Shown: in pieces, positions 49,969-59,707 of the stretch
Layout of the letters: every line of letters begins with the position of its first letter
How positions within the stretch are numbered: the first letter of the stretch is position 1
Source: a virus
Lineage: Duplodnaviria; Caudoviricetes
Length of the DNA stretch: 64,000 nucleotides
IMG/VR virus record: IMGVR_UViG_3300028888_000085
Coordinates: 1-64,000 of that record
Reading direction: 5' to 3' (one strand)
The notes under the pieces: generated by a model
Databases searched by the model: none
What the model was told of the DNA's origin: nothing
What the model saw: only the letters and a program-made list of their open reading frames with translations
Translations under genes and position numbers: made by a program

Positions 49969-52900
49969 ATGCCGACAGTGACTTCTTCGACAGTGAATGC
50001 AGTGACACAGACAAATGCCGTGATGGTAACAGACAACGATGTCCGTCAGGGCATTGATGCTTTAAACACACGTCTGCAGGAGATGCAGAAGAAGTCTGAC
50101 GAGAACATGGCCAAACTCTGGGGAAAGACCGCAGAGGCTTTGAATGGTGTTCTTCGCTCGATTAAAGAGACACAGAAAACGAATGACGCACTTGCGTCTG
50201 CGATGGGAGAACTTTCCAAACAGATAAGCAACAAGAACTCACAGCAATCTCAGCCTAGCACACAGACACCAAATCCCCAAACGGTACAACCTACAAGACC
50301 ATTACCATCTCAGAATGGTAACGATGCGTTACCTGCAATGGCGAACTCAGGCAGGGGAAATGGAAGTAACGGCAGTAAGTATGACCAGAGTCGAACCCCT
50401 GTTGGAACACAGGCAGAGAATTTCAAACAGGCATTGGACAATTCATTACGTATGCAGCGTAATGACCGTTCTGACCAAAATACTTCCGGTCTTGGAGCAA
50501 GAGCAGATAATAAAACAGGTCAGACATCACAGGAACAGGATGCTCTTGCCTTACAGCAGACTGCTGCCAGGAATGCAGTTATTGTCGAGGTTTTAAAGAA
50601 AATACAAGGTATTTTAACCAACAGTCTGTCCAAGTTTGAGCAGTTCAATGATGAGATGCGGCGTAATTACCACATGTCACGGGATACTTCTATTGCCATT
50701 ATGGACAGTACGGTTGAAGCCCGTAATTCCGTTCGTGACAGTCTTGGTGTCCATATTTCGATGGAGGAATCTGTCAAGGCAATTAAAGAACAGGTGTTGA
50801 ACAATGGCGTCAATGCTGAACATTTGAATTCAACGACTAGGGATATGGTCATCGGTTTGAACAAGTTCGGTATGAAAGTTGACCAAAACACCTTGATGAC
50901 TCTTGATGCCATGGACATGGACAATGAGTCACAGAAACAGATAATGGACCAGTTTATGAAGATGTCCTCAGGCGATAACACGTATCGTGCTGATGTTTCA
51001 AAGATGAATGAGGACTTCAAGTATCTGGTTGCCCTGTCACGTCAACAGGGGATGAATAATGCAGAAACCTCAAAGCTAATGAAAGAGTATGGGGAAGCAG
51101 TTCAGCAGAACATGGCTTTGGGTATTTCTCAGCAGGAAGCACAAAAGGCAGCCATGGATGACATCCGAAAAGATATTCAGGGTATCGATATGCGTGGCAA
51201 AGACCAACTGTTTAAAGACCTGTACAACATAGGTTCTCATGCAGGTGCGTCTGTCAATGAAAATATGTCCATGGCTGAAATGGTGCGTGCAATACGTAAC
51301 GACATTGCAAATGGGAATACAGACGTTAAACGTGCGTTTGATGAACGTATTCAGCATGACATGCAGCAAGCAGGAATCACGGGTGACCAGAAAGCAATGG
51401 ATAACGTGATGAAGCTGGACCGCATCATCAATGGAAAAGAAGGCACCATGGTTACCGACACGGAACAAGCCAAAGAAGGTTTTGAGACTCCGATGTTGGA
51501 ACGGTGGAAAGATAATGTTGAGACATGGATAGGGTCGAAGTTTACAGGAGCTGTCGGCTCTATGTGGGGATTTAATGGTAAGGGTTCGACATCAGAAATA
51601 ATCACCAAAGGTTTCAATGCAGTCATTGCCATACTGAACGCACAGACTATCGGTAACTTTTTAAGTAACACAAAGATTGGCAACCTTATGAAAGGAAGCG
51701 CCGGAAAGTTCGGTAATCTTTTAAAGGGCGGCGTGACCAAACTCGGCAGCGGTCTGTTAAAAGTGGCTGGACCTCTCGCTATTATCGTTGGTTTGGTAAC
51801 AACGATTGTGGAGTTGGTCAAAGGAATAAAAGAGTCGAACGAGACAGAAGCAGACAGAAAGGCAAAACAGGAAGAGCTTGACCGTGTTACAAAGGAACTT
51901 AAAGATAATCGTCAACGAGCTTCGATGGCTCAAGTCGAGGGAGACGCTTCGTCACAAAAAGTCTATGGAAACCGTGCCGCCTCTCTTGCTACACAACAGC
52001 AACAGATTGCAGGTGAATTGATTGAAGCACGCTATCAGGAAAATGTCGCTAAGTACGGCACTGTCGGAACAGCCGTTGGTGCAGTTGGTGGTGGTGTTGC
52101 AGCAGGAATTGCATCTGGCGGAAACCCTGTTGCCATCGGTGCAGGAATAACAGGCGGTGCACTCGCAGGTAAAGCCGGTGGTGGTGCTCTGGCAGGAGCG
52201 TTGTCTGACAAGAATACAGCTTCAACACGTGCTGATGTTATTGCGGCAGCCAATGCAGGTCAGGTGTATTACAATTCAAACGGAAACATTATTGACAAGG
52301 ACACAGTAACACATGTCGGAGAGGGCGGAAATGTAGAGGTCATTTTACCTGCGAACAATCCTGAACGTGTTAAATACCTTGCAGGTGAGATGTCAAAACG
52401 TGCAGATGTGTCCGAAGAGGTTCGTGATTCATTCAATTCGATGGCAGATAGTTTGTCTTCAAATGAAAGAAAAGTTTCGACCGACGAAACTAACGGAGAG
52501 CTTTCTGATGGGGCAAAGTCTGTGATTGAACGTCTGCTTAGGTTCGCTTCATCGAATGCGGGTAAGAAATATGAATTACATGGAAAAAAAGACCCTCGTG
52601 ACGGTCACGTGTGGGACGGATTTGTCTGTAATCAGTTAGTGTCCAATGCTTTTAAATCCATTGGCCGGAATGATTTGTTCAGTCGGTTTTCTTATGGCGT
52701 CTCGTCCATTGTGTTTGGTTACGATGTCAAAGAAAAGCGTGACAAAAAAGGAAATGTAACGCGTCCTGCAGGACATGTGAAAGGATTGCTTGAGGATGAT
52801 GACTGGGTGAGCGTCGGGTATGACGACATCAAACCAGGTATGATTGTCTTTACCGGCGTCAAGGAGAAACCCGGTCATGTCGGAATTGCATCCGGTGATG

Positions 52901-53736
52901 GGAAATACTGGAATGCCTCCGGCAGTGCGGGGGATTACAGCACACCTGAAGTGTTTCTTTCCACAAGAACCAAAAACACCGGCGTTGTGAACAACCAAAT
53001 TCCAAGAAAGAACTTTAAGTATGCAGGATACTTTAAATCGCTCTATGGAAACTATGCAAAAGCGTTGGACTTTGTTCCGAGCGGCGTTGCCAGTGAGACA
53101 GATTCCATCGGTGACGAAATCGTCACTTCACAGCTTCCGCCTGTTAAGTCTTCTCCTGTAGTGTCCTCTGGTGGAAGTAACGAAAGTGGGTTAAATTCGT
53201 TGGGTTTGTTCGACATGATATCCTCGTTCGATATGTTGGAAAACAAATACAGGCATCAAAGTCGAAATGGTGTCTTAAAGGATGCTCTTGTCCGTGGTAT
53301 TTTAAACAGCAAAGCGGGTTCATTGTTTACGAATCCAATGATGAGAAAATTGCTTGGTAAAAACTTTGTCGATGTTACGCAGGATGGTGAAATTGCAACT
53401 TTGAATCCGTTACGAACATTCCGTGTAAGAGACGGAATGCCTACAGCATTCGGTTCTCTTGAAGAGGGATTTGAGGATTACATCAAATCCATAGAACATA
53501 ATTACGCATCGTTAAAGGAATTGACTGCACGGCAGCAGTTGAATTATCTGATGGAACAATCCATTATTAACAAGAATGAGGCTGAGTCTATTGCCGTTAC
53601 TGAATCCATGCAGGAACTTGCACGGGAAGTAAAGGAATTGACCAAGGAAGTTAAAGAACAAAACCGAACAAGCCGTACAAATGAATTACGAAATGCAGCT
53701 CTGCCTTTACGACCGGCGGTCGGTTTTGGAGTTTAG
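49969..53736 (+). CDS. Tape measure-like protein with NlpC/P60 peptidoglycan hydrolase domain
   Basis: Long helical region with Gly/Ala-rich hydrophobic segments. GFVCNQLV...KPGMIVF...GHVGIASGDG shows the NlpC/P60 Cys-His pattern. Confidence 0.75.
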   Translation: MPTVTSSTVNAVTQTNAVMVTDNDVRQGIDALNTRLQEMQKKSDENMAKLWGKTAEALNGVLRSIKETQKTNDALASAMGELSKQISNKNSQQSQPSTQTPNPQTVQPTRPLPSQNGNDALPAMANSGRGNGSNGSKYDQSRTPVGTQAENFKQALDNSLRMQRNDRSDQNTSGLGARADNKTGQTSQEQDALALQQTAARNAVIVEVLKKIQGILTNSLSKFEQFNDEMRRNYHMSRDTSIAIMDSTVEARNSVRDSLGVHISMEESVKAIKEQVLNNGVNAEHLNSTTRDMVIGLNKFGMKVDQNTLMTLDAMDMDNESQKQIMDQFMKMSSGDNTYRADVSKMNEDFKYLVALSRQQGMNNAETSKLMKEYGEAVQQNMALGISQQEAQKAAMDDIRKDIQGIDMRGKDQLFKDLYNIGSHAGASVNENMSMAEMVRAIRNDIANGNTDVKRAFDERIQHDMQQAGITGDQKAMDNVMKLDRIINGKEGTMVTDTEQAKEGFETPMLERWKDNVETWIGSKFTGAVGSMWGFNGKGSTSEIITKGFNAVIAILNAQTIGNFLSNTKIGNLMKGSAGKFGNLLKGGVTKLGSGLLKVAGPLAIIVGLVTTIVELVKGIKESNETEADRKAKQEELDRVTKELKDNRQRASMAQVEGDASSQKVYGNRAASLATQQQQIAGELIEARYQENVAKYGTVGTAVGAVGGGVAAGIASGGNPVAIGAGITGGALAGKAGGGALAGALSDKNTASTRADVIAAANAGQVYYNSNGNIIDKDTVTHVGEGGNVEVILPANNPERVKYLAGEMSKRADVSEEVRDSFNSMADSLSSNERKVSTDETNGELSDGAKSVIERLLRFASSNAGKKYELHGKKDPRDGHVWDGFVCNQLVSNAFKSIGRNDLFSRFSYGVSSIVFGYDVKEKRDKKGNVTRPAGHVKGLLEDDDWVSVGYDDIKPGMIVFTGVKEKPGHVGIASGDGKYWNASGSAGDYSTPEVFLSTRTKNTGVVNNQIPRKNFKYAGYFKSLYGNYAKALDFVPSGVASETDSIGDEIVTSQLPPVKSSPVVSSGGSNESGLNSLGLFDMISSFDMLENKYRHQSRNGVLKDALVRGILNSKAGSLFTNPMMRKLLGKNFVDVTQDGEIATLNPLRTFRVRDGMPTAFGSLEEGFEDYIKSIEHNYASLKELTARQQLNYLMEQSIINKNEAESIAVTESMQELAREVKELTKEVKEQNRTSRTNELRNAALPLRPAVGFGV

Positions 53737-53893
53737 TTCTTGGAACATTTCGTAGTCGTCATCAAAAATTTTTGTGGTTTGTACAAGGGTAATTGTCCAG
53801 TAGCCTGTTTTCTAACAAATCTTAACTTTTTTTAACTTTTACACTTGATTTCCTTTGCAATGTGACTATACTCCATACTCAAGGAGGCGGCTT

Positions 53894-55534
53894 ATGCCGA
53901 TAGTCTTATGTACGTACCTAGTCGTAAGGCTTGCCTTGAGTTGGGAGTTCATGCAAACACACTGCGGAGATGGGCAGATGAAGGAAAAATTCGATACATC
54001 AGGACAGCCGGGGGTAAACGCCTCTATGACTGTTCAAGCATCGAACAAAGCAGTAGTACGAAAAAGAACTACTGCTACTGCCGCGTCTCATCGTCAAAGC
54101 AAAAGGACGACCTCGAAAGGCAAGTCAGTTTCATGTCAGAAAGATACCCAGACCACACCATTCTCAAAGATGTTGGGTCTGGTCTCAATTTCAAAAGAAA
54201 ACAACTTCTCTTCTTGCTTGAAGAATGTGCAATGGGAAGGGTTGGAGAAGTTGTCGTTGCCTACCGAGACAGACTTTGCAGATTTGGATTTGAACTGCTT
54301 GAATGGTTCTTCTCTCAAAACTCTGTCAAACTCATGGTTCTCGAACAACAAGAATTATCGCCTCAACAGGAGCTTGTTGCAGACCTCATCTCAGTTATCA
54401 CGGACTTTTCAAGTAGAGTTCACGGACTCAGAAAATACCGTACAGCGGTCAAGGAAGATACGAGTTTACCCAACGCAGGAACAGAAGAAGATTCTGAGTA
54501 ACTGGTTTGGTGCTTCGAGATTCGCTTATAACAAGACCGTTGAATTTCTTAAACAGCCAGACACAAAAGCTCAATGGAAGTCTGTCAAGACGAACTTGTT
54601 GCATGAAATGCCTGAATGGGCAAAAGAAGTTCCGTACCAAATTAAGTCTGTTGCGATACGTGACTGCTGTCAGGCAGTGTCGAATGCTAAAAAGAAATTC
54701 AAACAGACGGGCAAGTTTCAGGAAGTGAAATTCCGTTCAAAGAAACGAGGTGATAACAACCTGTTCATTCCACAAAGTGCTGTTTCAGAGAATGGTGTGT
54801 ACCACACTATTCTTGGTAAACTGAAAACGGCAGAGCCTTTGTGGAAACCTGTACATGACTGCCGTGTGGTTTTACAGAACGGACGTTATTTCGTCATAAT
54901 ACCTATTGATGTTGCGGTTAAAAGACCTGAGAACCAAAGGCTTTCTGCCTGTGCATTGGACTGTGGTGTTAGGACGTTCCAGACTGTTTTCTCAAAAGAG
55001 CTGATTTTGAAAGTCGGTGAGCATGATTTTCAACGAATCTTCCGATATTGCTATGCTTTGGACAAGTTGATTTCTCGTAAGAAAAAAGAGCGAAGCAATA
55101 AGTTTAATAAAGCAATGCAGAGAATCCGTTGGAGAGTTCGTGACCTCATTGACGAAATCCACAACAAACTCGCTATTGCACTGTGTCGAATGTTTGAGGT
55201 TATTTATATCCCGACATTCGAGACGCATGACATGGTTTCAAAATTGAAACACAAAACATCCAGAGCAATGCTTGGATGGGCACATTATCGTTTCAAGATG
55301 AAGCTCAAAGCAAAAGCAGAAGAGTATTCCTGCAAAGTGGTTGATTGTACAGAACAGTACACGTCAAAGACTTGTGGAAATTGTGGATTGGAGAATCAAA
55401 TAGGTGGAAACGAAGTCTGGACGTGCAAGCATTGTGGTTGTATGCATGACAGAGATATAAACGGAGCAAGAAATATCCTGCTAAAGCAGATATTTCTTGC
55501 GATGAGAGATTCCTCCACGTCTTGTTTGGCGTGA
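53894..55534 (+). CDS. tnpB: TnpB RNA-guided nuclease, pro-Fanzor type (start uncertain)
   Basis: KIRVYPT HTH, RuvC-I ALDCG, IYIPTF, TEQYTSKTCGNCG zinc finger, DRDINGARNI. Confidence 0.9.
   Translation: MPIVLCTYLVVRLALSWEFMQTHCGDGQMKEKFDTSGQPGVNASMTVQASNKAVVRKRTTATAASHRQSKRTTSKGKSVSCQKDTQTTPFSKMLGLVSISKENNFSSCLKNVQWEGLEKLSLPTETDFADLDLNCLNGSSLKTLSNSWFSNNKNYRLNRSLLQTSSQLSRTFQVEFTDSENTVQRSRKIRVYPTQEQKKILSNWFGASRFAYNKTVEFLKQPDTKAQWKSVKTNLLHEMPEWAKEVPYQIKSVAIRDCCQAVSNAKKKFKQTGKFQEVKFRSKKRGDNNLFIPQSAVSENGVYHTILGKLKTAEPLWKPVHDCRVVLQNGRYFVIIPIDVAVKRPENQRLSACALDCGVRTFQTVFSKELILKVGEHDFQRIFRYCYALDKLISRKKKERSNKFNKAMQRIRWRVRDLIDEIHNKLAIALCRMFEVIYIPTFETHDMVSKLKHKTSRAMLGWAHYRFKMKLKAKAEEYSCKVVDCTEQYTSKTCGNCGLENQIGGNEVWTCKHCGCMHDRDINGARNILLKQIFLAMRDSSTSCLA
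53908..54501 (+). CDS. tnpA: IS607 serine recombinase transposase
   Basis: MerR-like HTH (LGVHANTLRRWADEGKI...TAGGKRLY), catalytic YCRVSS, DVGSGLNFKRK, YRDRLCRFG. Confidence 0.95.
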   Translation: MYVPSRKACLELGVHANTLRRWADEGKIRYIRTAGGKRLYDCSSIEQSSSTKKNYCYCRVSSSKQKDDLERQVSFMSERYPDHTILKDVGSGLNFKRKQLLFLLEECAMGRVGEVVVAYRDRLCRFGFELLEWFFSQNSVKLMVLEQQELSPQQELVADLISVITDFSSRVHGLRKYRTAVKEDTSLPNAGTEEDSE

Positions 55535-55564
55535 TTTAATAGTAGCTATTGGTAACAATGGCGA

Positions 55565-57553
55565 ATGAAAATGGATCGGAGTGCCGTTATGAGCATTGGT
55601 ATTAGCATGAAAGCATTGAAAAAGATTCTTTTTGTCCAGAGTCTTGAACAGGAAGCTCGCCTTGGAACTTCCAATGTCGTTCCTTCCGCAGAGTCTTTTG
55701 CAGACGACATCAAAGACTTTGAACTGGCAAGTGGAGATGGTACGGCAACAAAGCACCTTCGTGTTGGTCGTGTTTGTCCGGGTAATGCAGAGGTAATGAT
55801 TCTTCCGTATCTGAAAGAGACTTTTGGCGATGATACCGTAAGTCTCGGTCACAAAATAGATGTGATGTCAAAGTTTAGCTACACGGATAAGAATGGAAAG
55901 GTTTATTATCGTGTTCGACTTGACACCACACAGGTGAAGAAACTTGATGGCGATGCACATGGACGCAATTTCCTGGAACGCTCTCCTGTATCGAAATGGG
56001 TATGGACAAGCAGCTTGCTTCCTGTTCCGTCAGAAGAAGTGGTCGAGAGTCAGGACATTGTGCATGACCCGCATACTCAGTACGTGGTCAAGAGCGGTCA
56101 TGTTTTGGTTCTTCATCCAACACTGGATTCCGAAATCGGTGAAACTCATACATTGATTGAAGGCACTCGATGTGCGGTTTCAAAAGAGAAAAAGAATCCT
56201 GAGTTGCTCGGTGACTCACCGTTGTTCTGTACCGTTATGGTCGATGGTGTGGAATACAATGTCGAAGGAAGACTCTTTGACGATGCAACTGAAATCGTCC
56301 GTATCGGTCTTGCTCTGGCAATCCTTACAGATGAAGACACTGGCGAAAAGAGCATTCTTCCTGTCAACCTTCGCAGCTCGTTTATGGATAATGGCGTTAA
56401 GAAATACATCTGTCAGTATCCTGTTGATGCCAATGGCGAGCCGACTCTTGCAGGGTACAACAAGATTGGCACACCAGAGGTTCAAATCGCAACTCTGGTT
56501 GTTCCTGAAAGCGACCTTGCGATGCCTGTTGCTGACTTTGAGGCTGATGATTCGGATAAACCTCGTGGTCTTGTTATGGGCGATTCCGACCTCAATGAAG
56601 ATGGTGAAATCGGAGACCTCGCTATTCGTCTCAAAGCATTCGGTCATGGTGATGATGTCTATTACGAGTGCCTGTCTTACAATGAAGACAGAGACGGAAA
56701 CCTCATTATCGTTCCTGAACGTCCTGCGGACAATGAAGACTTCATTGATGGTGCTTACTTCGTCAAGGCAAGCGACATTCTTTCTTCGCATGAGATTATT
56801 GACTGGCTTGGTGGCGACAAACGTGCAGAGGGTATCGGACTTGGAACTGCAGAAGAGCAGGCTGCCGCATTCAACGCATCTCTCGAACATGGTGGCTTGA
56901 AGAAATACTATGAGAAATATCCTGAAGAGGATATTTGGGATACCGTAAATAATGCACCTGGTAACTGGAACAATGTTGGCTGCACCTTTACGTCTTATGA
57001 CATGGACGGAAACAAACTTGCCGATGGTAAAGCCGCCAAGGTTTGGGAAGATGGTAATGGTACAGACACGTTCATCAAAGTACGTGTTGTCGAAAACAGT
57101 GTTGCTGAATGGATTGGTCGTACCTTCTATGTCCAGGGCGATGCGACGGTAGGCGATACCATGTATGAGCTGTTTGCAGATAAGGACCTCACAGAACCTG
57201 TAAATGTCAAAGTCCAGATTCACGAGAAAGTTCTTGTGAATGCTGAACATAATATCCTTGGTGCTATCTATGCCGGTGGCGCACAGTATCCGTGGATTGT
57301 TTTGAATTTCGATGAGGATGTCAATGCACGTGTACAGCTCACGTACAAAAATCCTGAGAATGATGAGTCAGTCACAGTGTCCCCGTGGGGAGATAAGGTG
57401 TTCCATAAAGGGTTTGGATGTTCTTCACTTCCGCGTGAGTTTAGTGGCATAATCACGGCCACGAACTATCGTTCAGATATCAAGGATGGTTCTATCATCA
57501 CACCGAGCAACTTCGTTCCTGAGAACCTTACGGTCGAACTTCTTAGAGATTAG
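55565..57553 (+). CDS. Large acidic hypothetical (likely virion) protein; start uncertain
   Basis: 662-aa ORF with composition similar to the fibre proteins. Confidence 0.65.
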   Translation: MKMDRSAVMSIGISMKALKKILFVQSLEQEARLGTSNVVPSAESFADDIKDFELASGDGTATKHLRVGRVCPGNAEVMILPYLKETFGDDTVSLGHKIDVMSKFSYTDKNGKVYYRVRLDTTQVKKLDGDAHGRNFLERSPVSKWVWTSSLLPVPSEEVVESQDIVHDPHTQYVVKSGHVLVLHPTLDSEIGETHTLIEGTRCAVSKEKKNPELLGDSPLFCTVMVDGVEYNVEGRLFDDATEIVRIGLALAILTDEDTGEKSILPVNLRSSFMDNGVKKYICQYPVDANGEPTLAGYNKIGTPEVQIATLVVPESDLAMPVADFEADDSDKPRGLVMGDSDLNEDGEIGDLAIRLKAFGHGDDVYYECLSYNEDRDGNLIIVPERPADNEDFIDGAYFVKASDILSSHEIIDWLGGDKRAEGIGLGTAEEQAAAFNASLEHGGLKKYYEKYPEEDIWDTVNNAPGNWNNVGCTFTSYDMDGNKLADGKAAKVWEDGNGTDTFIKVRVVENSVAEWIGRTFYVQGDATVGDTMYELFADKDLTEPVNVKVQIHEKVLVNAEHNILGAIYAGGAQYPWIVLNFDEDVNARVQLTYKNPENDESVTVSPWGDKVFHKGFGCSSLPREFSGIITATNYRSDIKDGSIITPSNFVPENLTVELLRD

Positions 57554-57669
57554 TTCTCTATGTTAGTTTGTTGACACATCTGAAAGAGCTCATGGACATT
57601 GTTCTGTGAGCTCTTTTTCTATATTATCAAAACAGTTGTACTCACAGGGGCATAATAGGATTTATCGTT

Positions 57670-58125
57670 ATGAAGACAGATTTTAATTATGCGAACTTGC
57701 GTTCCCCTGTTGTATGGCTTCTTTTTTTATGGCAGTTGCCACAAGTACTTGCCGCATTGTTTGTTCTCATCGTGCTTCACGATATAGAACCTTGGAAAAA
57801 CAAACATACAGGCATGACTGTTTGGTGCATCAAGCATAAGTGGCTTACGTGTTGGTCATTGGGGCCTTTCATTTTCACATACAAAGATGCACAAGAGGAC
57901 ACGTGCCGACATGAGTCTGGTCACAGTGTTCAGTCTTTGTTTTTGGGTCCTCTTTATTTGTTTGTGGTAGCGATTCCATCAGTCATTCTCTACTGGAGAA
58001 GACGTAAAGGGAATTACAGCATAATCTGGTACTACTGTCATTTCCCGGAGAACTGGGCTAATACGTTGGGCGGTGTTTCCATTGCGACCGAAGAACATGG
58101 CAGCATCAGCCGAACGCAAATTTGA
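57670..58125 (+). CDS. Membrane protein with HExxH motif
   Basis: WQLPQ, two hydrophobic segments, RHESGHSVQS, ENWAN. Confidence 0.7.
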   Translation: MKTDFNYANLRSPVVWLLFLWQLPQVLAALFVLIVLHDIEPWKNKHTGMTVWCIKHKWLTCWSLGPFIFTYKDAQEDTCRHESGHSVQSLFLGPLYLFVVAIPSVILYWRRRKGNYSIIWYYCHFPENWANTLGGVSIATEEHGSISRTQI

Positions 58126-58171
58126 AGGTTTCGACCATGATGAGCGAGGTGTTCATGTCAACCGGAAGTCT

Positions 58172-58927
58172 TTACGATTCCGGTTGTTTTGTCAAGATGC
58201 TTCTAATCCGTTTCTTTGCGACCTCAAAGTAATGTTCATCTTTTTCGATGCCTATGAAATCCCTGTCCAGGTTTACGCAGGCGATGCCGGTTGTTCCGCT
58301 TCCCATACAGTTGTCAAGAACGGCCATACCTTCTTGTGTGTACGTCTTAATCAGGTATTCACAGAGAGCAACCGGTTTCTGTGTCGGATGAAGTTGGTCC
58401 TGTCGCCGCCATTTCTGCTGAAATCTGAGTATCGTCGTTGGATAACGAAATCCATCATTTGTGCTTTCAACCTCACGGCGATTGAATCCGATTCCATGAT
58501 TGTTTACATCACATTCGCTTATCTTATGTGTTCGATGGTATGGTTCGCCTGATTCCATGATGGGATAATACTGCGTCCGTTTACCGTTCAAACTGAATAC
58601 GCTTATCGTCTCATGCTTGCAGACTGGGCGGTACTTAGCCGTGAACGCAGACCCGGATTTCGATTTCTCCCATACCCAGTCATATTTGAACTCTTTCAGA
58701 TTGGACATTCTCAATGCACTGCTGAATGGTTCAGCACCAAACAGGCATATTGCACAATTAGGCTTTATGATGCGGCGATATTGCGTCCACAATGCATCGA
58801 ACGGAATAGGAGTGTCCCATTTGCATGAGGTTGTTCCGTAAGGCAGGTCGCACAGAATCATGTCGATTGAACGGTCTGGAATCTGCTTCATTATGTTCAG
58901 ACAATCGCCGTTAAAAAGCTGCATCAT
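58172..58927 (-). CDS. Orphan N4-cytosine/N6-adenine DNA methyltransferase (beta class)
   Basis: GDCL, DLPYG (motif IV), HPTQKP, LDNCMGSGTTG (motif I). Confidence 0.93.
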   Translation of the reverse strand: MMQLFNGDCLNIMKQIPDRSIDMILCDLPYGTTSCKWDTPIPFDALWTQYRRIIKPNCAICLFGAEPFSSALRMSNLKEFKYDWVWEKSKSGSAFTAKYRPVCKHETISVFSLNGKRTQYYPIMESGEPYHRTHKISECDVNNHGIGFNRREVESTNDGFRYPTTILRFQQKWRRQDQLHPTQKPVALCEYLIKTYTQEGMAVLDNCMGSGTTGIACVNLDRDFIGIEKDEHYFEVAKKRIRSILTKQPES

Positions 58928-59032
58928 ATTTTCCTTAGTCAGTCGTGGTGCTGTGAAAGTTTCATCCAGTCTATGGTGCTATAACACTTACGCACTATTA
59001 TGGTGATAGTGCATTGAGTAAGGAGAGAGGAA

Positions 59033-59392
59033 ATGAGGACTTTGGAGAGAATTGAAACAGCAGTTTTAATGGAGGACTTTGATGGTGGGAATCTGTGTGA
59101 TGCGATTGATTTACGTACCGACGTTTTTGTTTCTCGGTGTGGTTCTGAAGTTACGTTACAGTTTGAAATCACACAGGGCAACCTTGTTGATTTGGCAGAC
59201 AAGATTCAGAACATTTCACGTCCGTGTAAATGCGAGAACTGTGAAAAAGCGTGCATGAATCCGAAACGTTGTCGGTTTTACTTCTCTGATAGATTTATTG
59301 AATGTTATGTGTCACATGTAATATGCGAGTTTTCAGAGAATGGTGAGTGTGCTTCGTTCACAATAACAGGAATAGTAGGACTTACTTTATGA
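59033..59392 (+). CDS. Hypothetical protein
   Basis: AAGGAG/GAGG RBS; Cys cluster. Confidence 0.65.
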   Translation: MRTLERIETAVLMEDFDGGNLCDAIDLRTDVFVSRCGSEVTLQFEITQGNLVDLADKIQNISRPCKCENCEKACMNPKRCRFYFSDRFIECYVSHVICEFSENGECASFTITGIVGLTL

Positions 59393-59477
59393 AAGAATAT
59401 GACATTCAAGTGCCTTGCATGATGTACGACAACATAACCTATTGGAGAGTGTAGGATGTCTCTTGAGCAATTCAAAT

Positions 59478-59513
59478 GTCTCAGAGGTATGGCATTTATT
59501 ATGGGTGTAATAC
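59478..59513 (+). CRISPR. Solitary CRISPR repeat (same family as 21958-22191)
   Basis: GTCTCAGAGGTATGGCATTTATTATGGGTGTAATAC; 33/36 identical to the repeat at 22090-22125. Confidence 0.85.
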
Positions 59514-59707
59514 CTCTAAATCACCCGTAACGAATGCCATGCTAATGAGAACAGACTAAGTTCTTTATTGAACTACGCATCAACTTTAAGAAACGTTTGA
59601 ATGCCTCCCCAGTTCATTCAATTCTGTTGATGCCTTGTCGAGGGGAAGTCGTATCGCCCTTACGGGAGGTACGCACTACACCAACTTTCATGTTGGTGGC
59701 TTATAGC
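59478..59707 (+). ncRNA. Natural single-guide-like RNA: repeat, loop, anti-repeat, omegaRNA/HEARO-like scaffold (locus 2)
   Basis: Anti-repeat 59522-59552 pairs with about 30 nt of the repeat. CAGACTAAG, CTACG, GCATCAAC/GTTGATGC, TCCCC/GGGGA, TTGTCGAGGGGAA, CACCAAC/GTTGGTG, GGCTTATAGC. Confidence 0.8.

Larger units (their letters stand above)
53787..55561 (+). mobile_element. IS607-family element (boundaries approximate)
   Basis: Serine recombinase tnpA plus tnpB inserted between structural genes. Short TAAC repeats upstream; GG dinucleotides at the candidate ends. Confidence 0.8.

Noticed and set aside
53894-55534. TnpB as a Cas12-like partner of the array
   Set aside because: It sits in an IS607 with tnpA, and the cassette has 5'-guide IscB-like architecture whereas TnpB uses 3' guides.
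56216-57250. Long antisense ORFs (344 aa here; also 26270-26998, 12539-13222, 42764-43495)
   Set aside because: Shadows of codon-biased sense genes, with no recognisable motifs.
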